DNA from: Ascidiella aspersa | Taxonomy: Eukaryota | Assembly (NCBI GenBank): GCA_963924565.1 | Contig: OZ004607.1 | Span: 2,480,001 to 2,544,000 of the forward strand | Direction of reading: 5' to 3' | DNA length: 64,000 bases | Part shown: in pieces, positions 24,836-38,338 of the stretch | How positions within the stretch are numbered: the first letter of the stretch is position 1 | Layout: each line of letters opens with the position of its first letter | Program-made: the position numbers and the translations under genes | Notes under the pieces: generated by a model | The model's input: the letters and a program-made list of their open reading frames with translations, nothing else | What the model was told of the DNA's origin: nothing | The model's database searches: none

Positions 24836-25545
24836 TTAAAGGAAGGACCACTTAGGCCTAATAAGGATATATTTAATTTCTAACATCAATATAGCAACGG
24901 GATTGTATAATTGTTACTCAATGATCCTTTATTAATTTTACTTAAATAAAGGGTTTGCAATTATCCCTGGGCCATCCGTATCTATTGAGCTTTACTTTTC
25001 GGATTTTAAAAGTTAAGTAATCTTGTTTAAGTAAAGGAACTACTTATTTATTTTATAAATCGCTATATTTTAAGATGTTGTACACCCCTGTCTTAAGATT
25101 GCAAGGTTTTTTTTTTGGTATGAGATGGTTGATTTATGGAATGTGGAGCTATTTGTATTGATGTTCAACAAAAAAACTCATTACAATTTTATGTTCTCGC
25201 AATACACCAAACACCTTTAAGTTTTGTTTTGCATATTTATTAAAATTAAGCAGTTCATATTGAAGAGTTAATCTAGGTCAACTTTTTTCCTTTTACACGG
25301 CAGCCTTGGTTACATTTCCAGTTTAACTAGATTTTAGTTATTCTGTACAAATGTACGCTAGAGCTTACGTCATTTGTGGCTCGCACGGTTCTATTATGAC
25401 GTAAAAATGCTAGCTGTGTTCTTAACAAATATAAGCGGCTGATTGCAGCAAGCACATTGGTAAGTTAAACCCCATTCTGACATATTTTGAACTACTTTCT
25501 ACAGCAGTAGAAGTTGTGCACTTGTTGAGGAAGGTATTTAACTTG

Positions 25546-26245
25546 CACGGATCCGTCAACACAGAATGCAACGTTCCGATGTCACGTTTGTGAAAAGGAA
25601 TTCAAAAACTGTGACATACTAAAACAGCATTGGCTGGAGTTCACTTTAAGAAACACAAATGCAAGGTATGTGGGAAAATGTTTGGAACAATTTATGCACT
25701 TGCAATCCACATGCGATTTCACACTGGAGAGAAACCCTTCAAATATAATTATTGCGCAAAATGTTTCCACCTAGCTTCAAACTTGACAGTACACGAAGAA
25801 TTCACACTGGAGAAAGACCATATGAGTGCAAACATTGCGGAAGATGCTTTACCCAAGCACATCATCGTAATGATCACGAAACAATTCACACTGGAATAAA
25901 ACCTTACAAATGCAAAGATTGTGGAAAATGCTTTTCTCAATCAGGAAGTCTAACAAACCACGAAACAATTCACACTGAGTTAAAATCTCACCAATGCAAA
26001 TATTGTGGAAAATATTTCAACCTTGCTGCAAGTCTTAGATCACATGAAAGAGTTCACACTGAGGAAAACCTCACGAATGTACAATTTGTGGAAAATGTTT
26101 TAGCCAGAGAAGACATCTTAAAGTTCATGAAAGAATTCACACTGGAGAAAAACCTTACGAATGCAAAGAATGTGGAAAGTGTTTTAGCCAGGCATCAAAT
26201 CTTAATAAACACAAAAGGACCCACTCAAAAGAAGAAACATTTTGA
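25546..26245 (+). pseudogene. 5'-truncated, multiply frameshifted copy of ZNF-D (32.4 kb)
   Basis: Fingers split across frames (ORFs 25630 and 25752); Cys-to-Tyr change in finger 3; near-identical to 32445-33147. Confidence 0.92.
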
Positions 26246-28866
26246 AACCAAAACTTGCGACTAGTTTTAAATCTTACAAAAACATTTACGTGTAATAACT
26301 GTTTTGTATTATATGAAACATATAAATTGTTTTTCAACAAATAAAGCACAACAATTGTTGTAAAAGTTAATGAGATCTCTGCAATTTAAGGAGCGTGAAT
26401 GTGTGCGAGCGTAGATTATATATCGATGAACACTTTTATATGTTGGTCTTATGTGCCAATTTAGAAAAAAGTAAAATTAAAGGACCAGTTCGTAAGACTG
26501 CATTACATTTCCAAAATTGATAAAGTTTAAGTATTCTATATCATTTTACCCACTGGACATCTATATATTTTGAGATATTAGTATCGTTAAAACAGTGGCT
26601 AAGTTGTATAATATTTATTTAATCCTATTCTTCTTGACGTCACAATGGTGTTAAATAAATAATAGTCCCATACCCACTCCCTACAATGTCTGGCGTTGTT
26701 TGTCCATTTAGCTTGCAAAAATATACCTGTAAAACTTATAGTTCTATAATAATAATTAATAGCCAAAAATTCATAGAATAAAACATAACAATGGTTGTAA
26801 ATAATAGAAAATATGTTTACAAATGGAAATATGAATATTGTGAGTTTCGAACATATATCAAAGTGTAACTGCCTATACCAGTGTTTCTCAATCTATATGA
26901 CACAAAATTGGTTCTGCACTGCTGTAGTTCACTTGGGTAGATTACTGGGACTGGTTCTAGGCAAGATATCATTCAAATTTAAGAAAACTTAAATTGATGT
27001 TTATTTGAAAAGAGTTGAAAAAAGTTTACAAATACTGGTCTATATTCTATACTTAATGCCACTTTCGCCAAGTTAATACGGATACTCAATTTGTAAAATC
27101 GAGAAAGTAACAGGTTTAATATACACTATGGTTAAATAAATCGTTTATAATTATTCCCACATTTTATATATATAATTTCTATCAAACAATGTTGTGAATT
27201 TTACTTTTTAGATTGTCTAAGTAAAGATAAGCAATCCTATTGTTTAAACATATATAAAAAATTATAACTTGTTTTACGCATCTGAGATAGTCCAAGAAAT
27301 CTGGAATTGACATTACACAAGAAACATGTGAACTGAAACCTAATGTTATAAAATGGCGTACGTCGGGCATAATGAAAATAGACCGACACATAATATTTAT
27401 GTCGGAAAAACTTAACCATCGGGAAGTTGTAAACTATTACTTGCGACCCCTTCTTACAATTTTGCAAGATAAAAGTTTATTTTGGTTGCTGATCAAACTT
27501 CAACGCCTTTTTCGTTTTTATAATCGCTGTAAAATATTTAATGAATGTCGTCAAACTTTTTGTTTCTATAACAACATGCCTTTTGGCATTTAAATTTAGA
27601 TTATGGAGCAACAATTTAAAAAGCAGTTAACAAGTACGTTTAGTTAGGTTTGCTAAAGTAAAACGAGATACATACCGTTCACCAGCCTCACACCTATACG
27701 TCCTTAGTTAGCCATTATTTTACTGTTAAACAGTTGTTTAATGGTATCGATGGACAGGCAGGCTACTGTGTAACTCTATGTATATATGTTGCCTTCCGCT
27801 GTAATTTTGATTTCTAACGTTTGTTTGAAGCCTTCATTAAACATTACTACTCTACATTGCTTATTTGACGTCACAATGCACGTGACTGTTGTCTACTGAC
27901 GGGTGACCAAACCGAACAGTGGACTATCGGCGTTTTTCGATGCATTGTACTTTTTAAGACTTATAGACTAGCGACTTTAATAACCGGGTTATTTTATCGT
28001 GTGTTCTGAGATTTGTGAATATATATTCAACGAGCAATCAACTGAGTGAAGTGACTCTTTCTAGAGTTGAAGAAGTGTAGGTCAGTCATTTAGGCGGCCT
28101 TACCTGTAAATACGTCTGCTAATCGCTAAATGCTATATACTGATACGCTATCAGTTCTTATAATGTTACTGCAAAACATAGCAATGCTGTATTTTGTTAA
28201 TTCCATTCCTTAAAATCGAGCAGAAACCTTTGAGAAAAAATAAACGTCTTTAAAAACTGCCAAATGACCCCAACCATGAATAATTTTAAAGTATGTTTGA
28301 TTTATTTGTTTCAACTCAAAAATAAAATACGCTCAATCTATTTGTACATGTAACTATCCATGCGTTACATTACATCAGCCATGCGTTTCGGGCTTAACGA
28401 AACGGAAGTTAGCAGTTTCAGAAAAGCTGTGCGATGTGTATAGTTGCATTTCTGTAAAGCAGGCAGTGGCATTTAGTTTAGCTTATCGCGGTAAAAGCGT
28501 TCAGCATTGCTTCTTAAAAGTATGATTTGTTAGAAAAAAATGACAGCTATATACGTTTGCTTGGAAACTGCAGATGTGGTTACGATTATATAATATACAT
28601 AAAAATTTAGTGTTTATGTGGCGGCTACATATTAACTAACCACAGCTACAGTATTAGTCCTTGTATATCAACACAATTGTCAATAAGGATGCACCATCAT
28701 TAACCCTGTAAGAGGTTAAAGCCATTTAGTATAAATGTATACATTACGCTCAGTGGCTTATTCATTAATCTTCAACTTGTAGATTCAAAATAGTAATTTA
28801 GCCATCCATAGATTTTTGTTTATGCTTCAGCTTACAGTATGCTTAAGCCTACAGTATTGTTTACAG

Positions 28867-29110
28867 CAGTGATTCCCAAACTGTGTGCCTCGAGAGACTA
28901 AGTGTGCCGCGAAACTTTTTGTTATTTCGGAAAATAAGTTGTTTGTATTATACAAATAGGCAAACACTTAGACTTAAACGCGCATTATAGCCATTACAAA
29001 GAATCATGTTGGGACATTTACAAATAGTTTGTCGTGTGTCAAGGGCGACTGTAAAAGGACTCTACTGTTGATCAGTTAAAAAAAAGACTCTACTGTTGAT
29101 CTGTTAAAAG
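28867..29110. mobile_element. hAT MITE, right end truncated (third copy of 7346-7643)
   Basis: Left TIR and GTTTACAG flank present. Confidence 0.8.
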
Positions 29111-30463
29111 TTATTACGGTTATTATTTTTGTGTAAATTATCACGTTTTCGTATTGAACTAATATTGAGGCTCTCTGGTAAAAAAATAATAACGAGCAAT
29201 TAGAAAATATTATTAACAGATCCCAGTTATTAAATCCTGACGTTTAACTAAAAGTTTGAAAATGGCGAATGCTTTTATAAATGCTTTTTATAAAGGCGGG
29301 TATATTATTTACTAGGCCTATAAATAAAAGTTTACGTTAAACTAATTTGCAACAATCGTAAACTTATAAAATGCTAAAATTGTAAATTAAAGTATATATT
29401 TATGCAACCACACGAGGGCTCTGAAGCCACAACAGAATGTTGAAACATGAAAACAAAGATGAATATTGTGGTTATTTCACAGAGTGGGTTCTTTAAGGCC
29501 AGAACAGCCGAACATCGTCGTGTTTTCGTTCTTTGAGCAGCAACACTTAAATGCTACAGTATAAACTAGTTTGTTGCGGAATTATAATTTCATTTGTACC
29601 TGGATAATTAATAAGTATAAGAAAAAACCTGGGTTCTTTCAGTGAGCATTTTAATGGTTTCAGTTCGCCAAACAAGACATAATGGTGTTCTATCAATATT
29701 GGTTCATTTTTCCTTATTAATGCTATAGATTTTCTTCGTCGAAATGGTATTGATATAATGCGTTTTATTTTTTACCTGTGATTCAAACTATAGCTGTTGC
29801 CAAATGTGTTTAAGCTGAATTTTGCAATCCAAGCAAATATTGTAAGTTGATTATGAACATTAATGTTTTGAAAAGCGTTACATGTTAAAAGTGAATATAT
29901 ATATAAATCAAATTGAACCGCAAATGGTTCTTCGTAATTTCTACAAGTTATTTGTGTTTGCAATTTCCAACGTGTTTTGCTTAAATCAGTCATTTCGCTG
30001 TAATAAAAATTTGGAAAATGTTTCTAAAAGTTTTTGCTATGTACAAGAGAAAACCACATACGAGAATTCACACTGAAGAAAAAACCTTTGGTCTCAACAA
30101 GATTGAAATACTTTTAAATCGGTCAGCAAATCTCAATTTGTTCAAAATTGTAAATCTAACAAAGAAAAGAAATATTCTTCTTGAATTATGAATGCACAAA
30201 ACTAGAACTGTGTTATCGGGAAAATATCATATTTCTCGTCTCTTTCAATGTTATAGGTCATGTTGCGCAGCATTGGAAAACTCTTATGTGAATGGCAACA
30301 TGTGTAACGGAAGTTAAGTGGCCGTTCTTGGTGTTTTCTTACATTGTGTTTACCTGCGCAAAAGGTGTTAGGGTTATATTGCGGTCTTTAAAGCAGTAAA
30401 TACTTCAGTTTGGTTTATTGTCAAACGTACAAGCGTCTTATCTCATTTGCAGCTGCGATAAAT

Positions 30464-30626
30464 AACACTCTGCTAGCAGCAGTGTTGCGTGGTTCGAACC
30501 CGTCGTTATCCTGGCTGCATTGTTCGCCGCTTTGTTAATCCCCGCGCCAGGACAATTATCACCCGTTTCCCTGAGAAGAAAGCATCTTGTCGTTCGACCT
30601 GATAAAACCAACCAAGCAAATGTGTT
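30464..30626 (-). ncRNA. Candidate structured RNA, copy C
   Basis: B box GGTTCGAACC; same stems as copy A. Confidence 0.45.
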
Positions 30627-31162
30627 TAACGTCATAGTAGTGTCTGTACTGAGGGGAGTTTACTACAGACTATAAGTTGCTGTAAATATATTTTGGGAAT
30701 AGTAATTAATGAAAGGCTTTAAAACCGAAAGGAATATTAAAGTATATACATTTGTTAATTTTATGTTTTATTACAAGCCATTTATATACAACACTACAGC
30801 CGATAAAATACAACGTTTTTAGTACGCCGAATCAGGTTTTCATTAGGCCTATCTATAACTTCTAATTGATGCCAGAAAAAGAGATGGTTATATTTCTTAC
30901 TAAACCTTAAGCTTTACAGTGCATTTAAAGATATAACATAAACGTAATAGAAGCAAATAAAATTCTAGGCTTTCATTAACAACTTGTCGTTGTTTCCTGT
31001 TTGTTTGTACAACAATTATAGTACGTCTTTATGCCTAAACGTGGCGCATTTATTAAGGGATTTAATACACTTAGCATTTAGCCAACTATATGCACACTCT
31101 ATTTTCTGGTGCTTGTGCTTCTGGCAAATTCCCAACAAGTTCCTACTAACAGGATGCAGCAG

Positions 31163-31245
31163 GTCTGCGTAGTTCAGTTGATAGAGACGGTCCCGGTTAG
31201 AGACAGTGCCAGGATGGCGGGAGGTCTTCAAACCTCACCATAGAC
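31163..31245 (+). mobile_element. tRNA-derived SINE head (duplicate of 20642)
   Basis: Same tRNA-like remnant inside the duplicated block. Confidence 0.55.
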
Positions 31246-32421
31246 TAATTTTCCGGATGCAGCAGTCAATAGTGGTTTGGTTGTTTCTCGACCTTCTCAT
31301 AGTAATCTGCTTAGCATTCACTTGATACATCGACAGTTACTTTATGACCGTGGTCCTGAGTTCTAGTTTCATTACAACGTAATTTTACGAACAGTTTACC
31401 AGCGAGGAAACAGATTTAACAGCCTCTCTCTCTGCCTAATAAATGGATGATTAATGTTATGGTAATTATGCCAAATAAGGTCCCAAATCGTACGCATTGA
31501 CATGATGTATACATCACATATTACAGCTACATTTTTTAGAATTATTGAAGATTTATAGAATTGCTTATTATTGTGTAGTAATCTTGTGAGTCTTAGGAAC
31601 AAAGTAGGCAACTTCAGGTATAAAGTGCAATAGCAGATCACACAAAAGTGTTTTATCCGAAACTCCTTTTATGTATAGTATTCCAAACTGCTGTAAATTC
31701 ACTAAAAACTTTATTCTATTACGGTTTAAATGATGCTACATAAAACAGTTGGGTTTGTTTATTCAGTTTGTGCTTTTTATACTTAAAAGTTAAATGCATT
31801 CTAATGCTTGTTTTCAAGCCCAAATTACCTTCTTATGTCCTAGGTTTGCTCATTAATTCTTTATACACGTGCGTTTCTAATTTGGATAATTGCTTAAACA
31901 TTTGTGTTTTCTTATGGCGTAAAGCAAAATGACGATTTTTGCGCTTCTTATAACGACCAATTGCTTGAGATTATCACATCAATTTTTATTGGCGCGATGC
32001 TGATTTGAATTTGCCAGGTCCCTTCATTTTTGTGTAATTATAATTAAGCGTCAATTTAATCTTATTGGACGAGTAGCTTTTTAAACTGGATTTGTTTGAA
32101 CTTCTAGGTGCATGAATTTTGTAATTTTTGTTTGCCTTTTTACCTTATTAAAATGCGTTTCTATTGCGAACGTAACGCTTTTATAGTTAACAAGAATCGT
32201 AATTATGAGGTTAGATAGGATCGTCTAGATTTGTTGTGCTAGTAATTTAATGAATAATTTATAAAAATAGTTTATCACACTATGTTTCAGGAATTAAATA
32301 AATATGTTAAACCACCATTTTTTCTAAAGGTTCTGTTGCCACGATAACAAATTGGCCATCACAAGAAAATTAACCTGTAAGCAAAGAGTCTGAAAATAAA
32401 GAACAAAGTGATTTGGATCAA

Positions 32422-33147
32422 ATGACAACCAAGAAGGAACAAAGCACGAATCCGTCAACACAGAATGCGACGTTTCGATGTCGCGTTTGTGAAAAGGAAT
32501 TCAAAAACTGTGACATACTAAAACAGCATTTGGCTGGAGTTCACTTTAAGAAACACAAATGCAAAGTTTGTGGGAAAATGTTTGGAACAATTAATGCACT
32601 TGCAATCCACATGCGAATTCACACTGGAGAGAAACCCTTCAAATGTGCCTATTGCGCAAAATGTTTCCACCAAGCTGCAACCTTGAAAGTACACGAACGA
32701 ATTCACACTGGGGAAAGACCGTATGAGTGCAAATATTGTGGAAGATGCTTTACCCAAGCACATCATCGTAATGATCACGAAACAATTCACACTGGAATAA
32801 AAGCACACCAATGCAAATACTGTGGAAAATGTTTTAACCTTTCAGCAAGTCTTAGATCACATGAAAGTGTTCACACTGAGGAAAAACCTCACGAATGTAC
32901 AATTTGTGGAAAATGTTTTAGCCAGAGAAGACATCTTAAAGTTCATGAAAGAATTCACACTGGAGAAAAACCTTACGAATGCAAAAAATGTGGAAAGTGT
33001 TTTAGCCAGGCTTCAAATCTTAAAGTTCATGAAATAATTCACACTGGAGAAAAACCTTACAAATGCAAAGAATGTGGAAAGTGTTTCAGCCAGGCAGGCC
33101 ATCTTAGTAGACACAAAAGAACGCACTTTAAAGAAAAAACCTTTTAA
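32422..33147 (+). CDS. C2H2 zinc-finger protein, 8 fingers, leader inactivated (ZNF-D)
   Basis: The ancestral ATG at 32304 stops after 7 codons, and there is an in-frame TAA at ~32371. The array is open from internal Met 32422. Confidence 0.75.
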   Translation: MTTKKEQSTNPSTQNATFRCRVCEKEFKNCDILKQHLAGVHFKKHKCKVCGKMFGTINALAIHMRIHTGEKPFKCAYCAKCFHQAATLKVHERIHTGERPYECKYCGRCFTQAHHRNDHETIHTGIKAHQCKYCGKCFNLSASLRSHESVHTEEKPHECTICGKCFSQRRHLKVHERIHTGEKPYECKKCGKCFSQASNLKVHEIIHTGEKPYKCKECGKCFSQAGHLSRHKRTHFKEKTF

Positions 33148-34762
33148 AACTAAAATTTGCGACTAGTGTTAAATCGTTGAAAAACATATACGTGTATAAC
33201 TAGTATATATTAAGTTTTGTTGTATATTAAACATAGAAATTGCTTTACAAAAAATAAAACACAACACTTGTTGTAAAAGTGAAAGAGATCTCTGAAATTT
33301 AAGGAGTGTGAATGTGTGCGAGCTTAGAATATATATCGATGAGCAACTACCTATGCTGTACTTTATGGTACTCCAGCAAAAGTTAAATTGAAGGACCAGT
33401 TCATTAGACTGCATTCAATTTCCAAAATTGTAAAAATAAAGAATTCTATATTTTTTTACCCACTGGACATCTATACATTTCGAGCTATTATTATCGTTAA
33501 AACAGTTGCTCCAAGTTGTGTTATTTATTCGTATTATTTGTGTATTTGCAATGTTGTTAAATAAAATAACAGTCCCATACCCTCTCCCTACAATGTTTGA
33601 CGTTGTTTTGTCCATTTAGCCTACCAAAATATACCAACTTTTTAGTTGTATAATAAACAAATTGCGAACCTACACTTTATAATTTTTTAAAATAACAATA
33701 GTTGTAAAAAATTAAAATTATATCTGCAAATAGAAATGTGAATATTGCGCAAGCTCCAAACATATATCGAAGTATGCTTATACCAGTGTTTCTCAACCTA
33801 TGGGCAGCGACACAATATTGGGTCTCCACTGCTGCAGTTCACTTGTTAGACTGGGGTTGGTTCTAGGCAAGTTATAATTCAAATTTGGGAAAACATAAAT
33901 GTTAGAAGCAATTTCTATGATTTAATTCATGACACTTTAGCCAAAGTAAAAAAGCCAGACCCGTTAATAAGGATGTGATAACGATAAAGTAACAGTATTC
34001 TGTATTTGTAATCCAGTTATTTTTTTCGTCGCCATGGTGTTAAAAAATAAAGCGTTTGTAAATTAATTAATTATCCCTCCCATTTATGTGCATAATTCGA
34101 AAACGCTGCCATTTTAAACACTGCTATGACTTTTACTTTTCATCTTTTTTATTATATAAACAATCTTGTTGCGTAAACGAAATACAAATTATGATTTTTT
34201 TTTGGTTTTAATAAACGCTGCGTGTTAAATGCGCATAAAATGGGAATGCCAAACTAAGCACGCATCCGAGATTTGCATATTATATTTCGCATTTGAACAA
34301 AACGGGAATTGACATTTAAGAAGAAACATGTGAGTGCAAATGTGTTAGTTACCGTAAGTTTTCATAAATTTTAAAAAATGGCGTACGTCGGGCATTTCGC
34401 AAAACAATCGTAAAATTGCAAAGTGTTAGTTTCGACCCCTCGTTATAACGTTGATAGATGGGAATTCAGCTGTTTCATTTTATCTTTGCGTCGTGCGGGT
34501 GCGACTGCTGATAACAACTGTCATCTTTGCTTGCTGATTGCGCCTTCAGGGCCTTTTTCGTTTTTATAATCGCACTAAAATATTTATGGTCGTCGCAACA
34601 TTTTAGTCACAATAGCAACATGCCGTGGTGTTTGTATTTAGGTTATGGAGCAACAATTTGTAAAGGACTTGATAATAGAGCTGATAAGTGTACTTTGTTA
34701 TAAGAAGATGAAAGCCGAACCATACTGTTGATTCAATTTTCGCCACAACAGATTTGAAATCA

Positions 34763-35410
34763 ATGGATATTCAGCATTTAAGTGGAGGGTCCGATTGTGA
34801 AGAACGAAGCAAGCCTCTGATTGTTCGAAGAAATATCACCAAAGATCTTTCAAGAAGCAAAAGAAAATCCAAGCACGAAGCTGAAACAAACAAAGAGTTC
34901 AGATGTGAAGTTTGCGAAAAGTGCTTCAAAGGTCTTTACGCGCTTCGCGAACATTTGTCCAGACTTCACTTCAAGAAGCACGAATGTAAGTTGTGCGCGA
35001 AAATGTTTGGAACCAAGCACTTGCTTAACACTCACATGCGAACTCACACTGGAGAAAAGCCGTATCAATGCAAACAATGTGCGAAGTTTTTTTCCCAGTT
35101 GGGACACCTCAGACAACATGAACGAATCCACAGCGGGGAGAAACCTCACAAATGCAATCGTTGCGCTAAAGCTTTTGTACAGTCGAGTGCTCTTAAAACG
35201 CACGAACGAATCCACAGCGACGAGAAACCTTTCAAGTGCAAGCAATGTGCAAAATGCTTTCGCTCGTCTTCAGATCTTAAAACACACGAGAGGATTCACA
35301 CTGGAGAAAGACCTCACCGATGTAAATACTGTGAGAAAAGTTTTGTTCAGGCCGGACATCTTCGAACACATGAAAGGACGATTCACATCGGCAAAAAGCC
35401 GTATAAATAA
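34763..35410 (+). CDS. Divergent C2H2 zinc-finger protein, 6 fingers (ZNF-E)
   Basis: Acceptor CAACAG at 34751; retains the HFKKHEC signature; GC/CpG-richer codons; stop codon overlaps AATAAA. Confidence 0.9.
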   Translation: MDIQHLSGGSDCEERSKPLIVRRNITKDLSRSKRKSKHEAETNKEFRCEVCEKCFKGLYALREHLSRLHFKKHECKLCAKMFGTKHLLNTHMRTHTGEKPYQCKQCAKFFSQLGHLRQHERIHSGEKPHKCNRCAKAFVQSSALKTHERIHSDEKPFKCKQCAKCFRSSSDLKTHERIHTGERPHRCKYCEKSFVQAGHLRTHERTIHIGKKPYK

Positions 35411-36535
35411 AAACATATATTTCCCTTACATTGCTTTAATAAATTTGTTACATTAATGCCTTGCGTAGCAATTGCGCTAACGATGTTTCAGTTCGACCAT
35501 TATTTCTCACTGCTGTTTGTTTATACCTGCTATTAAAATATCTGATGTCAAAAAAGTCACCCGACATATCTTTACGGTGCGTTTTGGAATGCAGGGTTAA
35601 TGAGCTTAGCACATTGAACAAAATTAACTGAGATTTAAGTTCATGAGGCGTGAAACTGCGTAAGAAAGCAACAAGTCCGACATAAAACTGTATGTTATAT
35701 TTACATCACGTCTCAACAACTTCAAAGTTGCTCAAACCTGGACAGCTGCTAGAATGCAAACTTCTCTTGAGGGCAGCACTTATGTCGGCGTAAGACTGCA
35801 TTGATGTTGCTTTTAACGGTTGAGATTACTTAGGTCCATGTTCTAGTGGGATATTCCTAAAACGAGACGCACGGTTAAACGTTTTTGAGCACTCCTAAGA
35901 AATTATTGTTTTATTTAAACCAATGTCAGCGTTTAAATATGTCAAAGGAAAATTATGATTAATTATTAAGATCCTAATAAACATGGTAATGTAAAAATGT
36001 CTAGTTTATTAATGAATTGTAATCCATTGATACATAATGGAAAATCTATATTTATTGGTGGGAGGATTGAAACATAACGCCTGTATGTTGGAAACCATGC
36101 ACCATTCGAGTTTGCGATTCAGACGCTGTTGTTTTACTTGGTCTCCGCTGCGCAATACAAAGCAATAGCAACTCGGTGTGAAGTTAGCTGCTTCAACACA
36201 TGAACGCAAAAAACGCACTTGGCCAATCTGCAGTGCAACATATTTTGCATTAGTTAAGGTCCGTTGCGCCAGATAGCCGTGGCTTCTTGGGATTTACCAA
36301 CGAGCTAAAAATAGAATAGACTAATTTAACGAGTTGCAATATTTCGTTTAAGGCATTGTTGTAATGTCAGATAAGGTTTCCTTACAGTCAAGTTGAGTTG
36401 GATTGTCAATTTAAGGCGATTTAACAATTTTATTTCACGCCTTGGTTTTGTTCTGTATTTTGCAAATTACTAATTTAGCGAAGGTTAACTAAGAAGTTTG
36501 TAAGTTTGACAAATCATGAGTTTGTTGTTCTAAAC

Positions 36536-36845
36536 CAGGGATGTCCAACATTTTATTATAGTGGGCCGCATTGACGCTTGAAATAATTTAATGGGCCGCA
36601 GAACCTATTAAGTTTCAAGATTAAGTATTGTTCTTTAGAGTTATAACGGGCCTTTATAGTTATATATATATATTTTTTACCAATACTATACGATTAGTGC
36701 GCCCCTAAAAGCTGACTGGTACATTTAAATTAGGTTAATATTGAACGTTTAAAATACTACTTGGGAGTCGAAATGACTAGCGGGCCGCACCAAAATTTCA
36801 GACGGGCCGCAATGTGGCCCGCGGGCCGCAGGTTGGACATCCCTG
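36536..36845. mobile_element. hAT MITE
   Basis: CAGGGATGTCCAAC/GTTGGACATCCCTG TIRs, GGGCCGC repeats, TSD TTCTAAAC; empty paralogous site at ~52285. Confidence 0.95.
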
Positions 36846-37146
36846 TTCTAAACTAAGCCATCAAGATAAACAGGTTGGCCAAATGAATAAAAAGAATACC
36901 TCCTCGAACTATTAGAGAGGTAGAGCTTCAAATTTTAAGCTTAATTCTTAAAGTAACAATTCCCGTACAGCATTTACGCTTTGTGATAAATATTTACGTG
37001 GTAAAAATATTTGTTTAACTTTGCGCATTACATAATAACAACAGCTTATGGAGTGTATAATTCGTGGAAAGAATTACGCTAAGAAGTTCATTACAGCAAC
37101 TGTGAGCGGCGTAGTACAGTTTGTGATCGAGTAACGTCACTTAGAG

Positions 37147-37684
37147 CAGGGATTCTCAAATGTGTATAGCCAAATATACCTTAGATTTACCTGAATGTAT
37201 GGCGTATCCATTAAACATGATAAAATGAAAAGATCAAACACGTGTTTAACATTGAAAGACATAACGTGGTATCAACTAGTTTAGACGAAAGAAATGCTCG
37301 GCCCGTTAGAGCGTCAGTGCCAAACTTTCTAAGATCCGTTGCTTACATAATCAGCATGACAGTGATAACTAAATTCACTACAGTTATTTGTGTTTGAAGC
37401 GAGTAAAAATAGCGTCGAAACAAAATGGTGATTATGGATGAAATTTGTAATATTTTGCTACTTCATAATAACAATTCCAATCACAGGGATTTGTAAATGT
37501 CTAGATTTAATTCACACATGGGCGCTGCGCTTTGCAAGTTTCACCTTTTTCTCGCTCGTGTCATGAACGTTAACAACAACTTCTTTTAATCAATTGTTTG
37601 GAAAATCTTAACAAATCCAGCAAAATTAAATCGTTTTACGTACGTAAGAAATTTTAGTCGCGAACCCCAGTTTGACAACCCCTG
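37147..37684. mobile_element. Old hAT MITE (partial paralog from ~52633)
   Basis: CAGGGATTCTCAAA/TTTGACAACCCCTG; decayed TSD ACTTAGAG/ATGTAGAT. Confidence 0.7.
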
Positions 37685-38338
37685 ATGTAGATTGCATATA
37701 TATAATATAACTTGCAATATTCAGGACTAAGCATTTTATGTAAGTTACTAACATGAGTAACTAACACTTGTACAATAGTATTAAGCGAATGCCGGTAAAT
37801 AGCGCTTTAATTGACGCCACGAGCTACGATTAAACAGTCAACTCATCGCATTAAGTGTTCCTGTGAGTTGTAACTCGCTAAGTAGTAACGAAGTAACCAA
37901 ATAAAACAAGGAAAGCGGTTGTTAACAAATATGAGATACTTTGGGGGTACCAGAGAAATGCAGACTCAGTTTGTCACGGTATTTATAAATACTTTGGAGC
38001 AAACAGGATCACAATGCTATTACCTTTCTTACTAAATATTACATTGATAGACATATTGTGTAGTTTATATATTCAATTATTATATATATTGCTTTTTACA
38101 TGGATACATGGAATGCAATACTTAGTAGAAAAAACGTAATGTTGTATTCTTCGCAGCGAAGAATTACTGATTGCTGTGCGAGACCTTACATAAGTTTTAA
38201 TTTTATCAGCAAGTTCATATTCTGCGGGGGTTAAGATCTCAAAATTTCTACTTTCTGTGTTGAACCTCAATGGAATCTGCTGCTACTATCAAAGGGTAAT
38301 TTGTTTAGCAAACTTCTTTTTCCAGGAAATTGGTAAAA

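Noticed and set aside
34821-35456. 211-aa alternative-frame ORF and other '[16 protein letters not shown]' ORFs
   Set aside because: Standard shifted-frame translation of C2H2 arrays.
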